From positions 27,861 through 91,860 of the forward strand of contig CALJVA010000118.1 in NCBI GenBank assembly GCA_937975135.1: a stretch of DNA of 64,000 nucleotides, written 5' to 3'. Under the pieces are notes generated by a model that worked only from the letters and a program-made list of their open reading frames with translations, did no database searches and was not told the DNA's origin. Both the position numbers and the translations under genes were made by a program. Within the stretch, counting starts at the first letter, position 1, and each line of letters opens with the position of its first letter. Below, one piece after another: positions 61,285 through 64,000 of this stretch. Origin of the DNA: an uncultured Thermoactinomycetaceae bacterium (GTDB taxonomy: Bacteria; Bacillota; Bacilli; Thermoactinomycetales; CALJVA01).

Positions 61285-62036
61285 TGGGAACATTTGTAAT
61301 CTACCCGGCGATAGATATTCGCGGTGGTGCTTGTGTTCGTCTGGTGCAAGGAGATTTCAGCCGAGAAACAGTGTATCATCGTGATCCAGTAGAGATGGGG
61401 ATTCGATGGGAGAAAGAGGGAGCGGAATGGCTGCACGTGGTTGATCTTGATGCAGCTCGTACAGGTATTATGACCAATCTCCCAATTATTAAAAAAATGA
61501 TTGCGGCTCTATCGATTCCAGTTCAAGTGGGAGGAGGTGTGCGGAACAAGGAGCAGCTAGAGATATTGCTAGAAGCTGGGGCAGCCCGTGTTGTCTTAGG
61601 TTCCGCTGCTGTGGATCACCCTGATTTTGTTAAAGAGGTACTGGCTGCTTATCCAGAGCAGGTAGTGGTAGGGATTGATGCGAGAGAAGGTAGGATTGCT
61701 ACCCATGGATGGTTAAAAACGACAGAAATACCAATGGAACAACTAGCTAAAAAAATGGCAGATTGGGGTGCCCAGAAGTTTATTTTTACCGACATTGGGC
61801 GTGACGGCACCTTAAAAGGACCTAATCTCAAGGAAATTCTGAAACTAGCAACAGCTAGCAAAGCTCAAGTGATTGCTTCTGGTGGAATTCGTTCGCTAAG
61901 TGATTTGCAGCGATTGGCACAGTATCAAGACAAGGGAGTCCAGGGGGCTATCGTGGGAAGAGCTTTATATACTGGGGATCTAGATCTTAAAGAAGCACTT
62001 TATTTACTTGCGAAACAAGGGGAGAGGAAATTTTGA
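61284..62036 (+). CDS. hisA: ProFAR isomerase
   Basis: IYPAIDIRGG, VGGGVR, GIDAREG, IFTDIGRDGT and ASGG. Confidence 0.95.
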   Translation: MGTFVIYPAIDIRGGACVRLVQGDFSRETVYHRDPVEMGIRWEKEGAEWLHVVDLDAARTGIMTNLPIIKKMIAALSIPVQVGGGVRNKEQLEILLEAGAARVVLGSAAVDHPDFVKEVLAAYPEQVVVGIDAREGRIATHGWLKTTEIPMEQLAKKMADWGAQKFIFTDIGRDGTLKGPNLKEILKLATASKAQVIASGGIRSLSDLQRLAQYQDKGVQGAIVGRALYTGDLDLKEALYLLAKQGERKF

Positions 62037-62797
62037 GCAGTAAGGCGATTATTCCTTGTTTAGATATAAGGAATCGACGGGTAGTATCAGGGATCTCTTT
62101 TGGCGATTTACAGGATGTGGGAGATCCGTTGGAGTTGGCCCTCCAATATGAACGAGAAGGAGCAGATGAGTTAATCCTCCTTGATATTTCACCTGCTGAG
62201 AGGGGAGACTCTTTCTGTGACCTAGTTCGCCAAATCGCAGAAGAGATTAGTATCCCCATTACCGTAGGTGGAGGGATTACTTCCTGTAATGATATTGAGG
62301 AAAGGTTGGTGGCAGGAGCGGACAAGGTTTCAATTGGTACCGCAGCGGTTTTACAGCCTGAATTGATCCAAGAGGGGGCACGTTTATTTGGAAGTGCTTC
62401 TCTTATGGCGGCGGTTGATGTTCGTTTTCATCCTCAGGAGAAGGACTGGTTTGTCTATATATATGGTGGACGCCAGGCGACTTCATGGCGTGTGGTTGAC
62501 TGGGCAATCCAGTTGGCGGAGTATGGAGCGGGAGTGATTCTCTTAACAAGCGTTGATCGAGATGGTCATCAGGAGGGTTATGATTTAGAGCTGATCAACA
62601 ATGTGAGTGAAGCTCTTCGGATTCCCGTTATCGCTTCAGGAGGAGCGGGTACATTGGATCATTTCACCACTCTTTTTACTAAAACGAGGGCGTTTGCTGC
62701 CTTGGCTGCATCTGTTTTTCACTTTGGATCTTTGTCGATCCCTCACCTGAAGCAATCTCTTTCCGAAAGTGGGGTACCTATCCGTGCTACATTTTGA
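62033..62797 (+). CDS. hisF: ImGP synthase cyclase subunit
   Basis: [48 protein letters not shown] and LAASVFHF. Confidence 0.95.
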   Translation: MSSKAIIPCLDIRNRRVVSGISFGDLQDVGDPLELALQYEREGADELILLDISPAERGDSFCDLVRQIAEEISIPITVGGGITSCNDIEERLVAGADKVSIGTAAVLQPELIQEGARLFGSASLMAAVDVRFHPQEKDWFVYIYGGRQATSWRVVDWAIQLAEYGAGVILLTSVDRDGHQEGYDLELINNVSEALRIPVIASGGAGTLDHFTTLFTKTRAFAALAASVFHFGSLSIPHLKQSLSESGVPIRATF

Positions 62798-63419
62798 CTT
62801 GGAGAAAGTTCGTTTTGATGAAAATGGTTTGGTTCCAGTGATCGTACAGGATCACCGGAGTAAAGAGGTACTCACCTTGGCATTTATGAACAAAGAGGCG
62901 ATTCAAAAAACAATATCTACCGGGGAGACCTGGTTTTGGAGCCGTTCTCGCCAATCACTGTGGCATAAGGGAGAAACCTCAGGAAATACCCAACAGGTCC
63001 TCTCTCTTACTCTTGACTGTGATGGTGATGCCTTGTTGGCTCGTGTGATTCCTAAGGGGCCTGCCTGTCATACCGGTAAGCAAAGCTGTTTTACTTCTGG
63101 TGAAGACCATTCATCTGACCATGTCAATACTGACCGCTTCGATATCTTGAATAAACTGGAGAATCGAATCGCTTTACGTGATCAAGACCGACCCCAAGGA
63201 GCATATACAACTTACTTATTTGAACAGGGTCTGGATAAAATATTGAAAAAAGTGGGTGAAGAAGCGTCGGAAGTGATTATTGCTGCTAAAAATAAATCCG
63301 CCCAGGAATTACGCTCAGAGACTGCAGATTTGATCTATCATTTAATGGTACTTTTGCGGGCTTCATCCCTTTCTCTCGATGAGGTGTTAGCTGAGTTGGA
63401 GAAGCGATTTGAGAAATGA
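62769..63419 (+). CDS. hisIE: Bifunctional phosphoribosyl-AMP cyclohydrolase / phosphoribosyl-ATP pyrophosphatase
   Basis: [34 protein letters not shown] and C.TG..SCF, then the HisE part (YTTYLF..G..KI.KKVGEEA.E). The true start may be 62784 or 62799. Confidence 0.93.
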   Translation: MGYLSVLHFDLEKVRFDENGLVPVIVQDHRSKEVLTLAFMNKEAIQKTISTGETWFWSRSRQSLWHKGETSGNTQQVLSLTLDCDGDALLARVIPKGPACHTGKQSCFTSGEDHSSDHVNTDRFDILNKLENRIALRDQDRPQGAYTTYLFEQGLDKILKKVGEEASEVIIAAKNKSAQELRSETADLIYHLMVLLRASSLSLDEVLAELEKRFEK

Positions 63420-63442
63420 AAATTGTACTCAGTAAATTAACT

Positions 63443-63468
63443 GCTTCAAGACCTCTTGAAGCTTTTTT
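63443..63468 (+). terminator. Rho-independent terminator of the his operon
   Basis: GCTTCAAG, ACCT loop, CTTGAAGC, then TTTTTT. Confidence 0.85.
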
Positions 63469-63794
63469 ATTGTTGAAAGTGACTGGGGAATAGTAGGGGT
63501 TCAATTATTGGTAACAAAACGATCCGTCAAATCAGGGGATCGTGGGAAAGATAAAATATGACAATTTAGTAACATTTCTAGTCTATTCTCCTTCGTTTTG
63601 ACTCGAAGACAGAGTGATGAAATGGAGTAAGTATCGGAAGGTAACCGTTTATTTTAACCTTTCAAGGTAGAGGGGTTTTCTGTAAAAGGAATCACCAAAA
63701 TCGCTTACTCAATGTTATCACGGGCATAAATATGGTATACTTCATGCAAAGTACCAAACCACCAACGGTAGTTAATGTTGGTTGGAGGGGAATT

Positions 63795-64000
63795 ATGAGT
63801 AAACAGTCGATGAAATGGGATCAAGGACAGAAAGTTGTACGTCTACGATTGGATGCTGGGTTTTTCTTTGAACGTGCCGTTCGCTCGCTAGATCGGAATA
63901 ATTATGAGAAAGCGTTGAAGTACTTTCGCTTGGCAGTTGACAAGGAGCCGGAAAATCCGATCAATCACTGCAATTTGGCAGGCGTGCTATCAGAAATGGG
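63795..64000 (+). CDS. TPR-repeat protein (5' part; continues past the window end)
   Basis: The ATG follows GGAGGGG. FFERAVRSLDRNNYEKALKYFRLAVDKEPENPINHCNLAGVLSEMG is TPR-like. The position after hisI matches B. subtilis yvcD. Confidence 0.7.
   Translation, partial: MSKQSMKWDQGQKVVRLRLDAGFFFERAVRSLDRNNYEKALKYFRLAVDKEPENPINHCNLAGVLSEM

Noticed and set aside
1-64000. Search for CRISPR arrays, tRNA/rRNA genes, transposases, integrases, phage genes, and toxin-antitoxin or restriction/defence modules
   Set aside because: I saw no repeat-spacer periodicity and no tRNA-like T-arm or acceptor signatures. No ORF has a DDE transposase, tyrosine or serine recombinase, or capsid/terminase motifs. The window is essentially collinear core chromosome.

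Overview
This 64-kb window is a chromosomal segment from a spore-forming Firmicute that looks Bacillales-like. Gene content and order closely follow three B. subtilis regions. The first runs ywzB-ywmB-murAA-spoIID ... spoIIID ... fabZ. The second is comFA/comFC. The third runs hpf-secA-prfB-cccB-ftsEX-ctpB-uvrBA-yvlD-hprK-lgt-ppaX-yvoF ... hisZGDBHAFI-TPR. About 55 protein genes are supportable. Most are housekeeping: cell wall, sporulation, secretion, translation, DNA repair and histidine biosynthesis. There is also an envelope-glycopolymer cluster made of a GT4 glycosyltransferase, an epimerase, a phosphoglycosyl transferase and two LCP ligases. I found no rRNA, tRNA, CRISPR array, transposase, integrase or phage module, and no convincing self-contained novel multi-gene system such as a defence island. 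The strongest anomaly is inside the his operon. HisH is full length but has lost every glutaminase catalytic element (Cys to Asn, His to Cys, oxyanion loop changed). Its partner HisF has lost the R5/E167 pair of ammonia-gate residues. Together these suggest a glutaminase-dead, ammonia-dependent ImGP synthase. Secondary curiosities are listed below.
- A sortase is translationally coupled to a proline-rich substrate that carries a non-canonical LPKST sorting signal.
- A 597-aa membrane-anchored disordered protein carries R-[IY]-L-[RK]-R-S and LPP[LR]G repeats.
- Two catalytically intact coiled-coil M23 peptidases lie directly behind ftsEX, and a perfect 28-bp tandem duplication carries the ribosome-binding site of the second.
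- Three ORF-poor gaps contain strong hairpins: after spoIIID, upstream of comFA, and upstream of yvlD-hprK.
- The metK leader has no recognisable S-box.
- Flagellar genes are absent at the two positions where B. subtilis has them.
All family assignments come from motif recognition by eye. Start codons are best guesses based on Shine-Dalgarno (SD) spacing. No database search or RNA folding was run.
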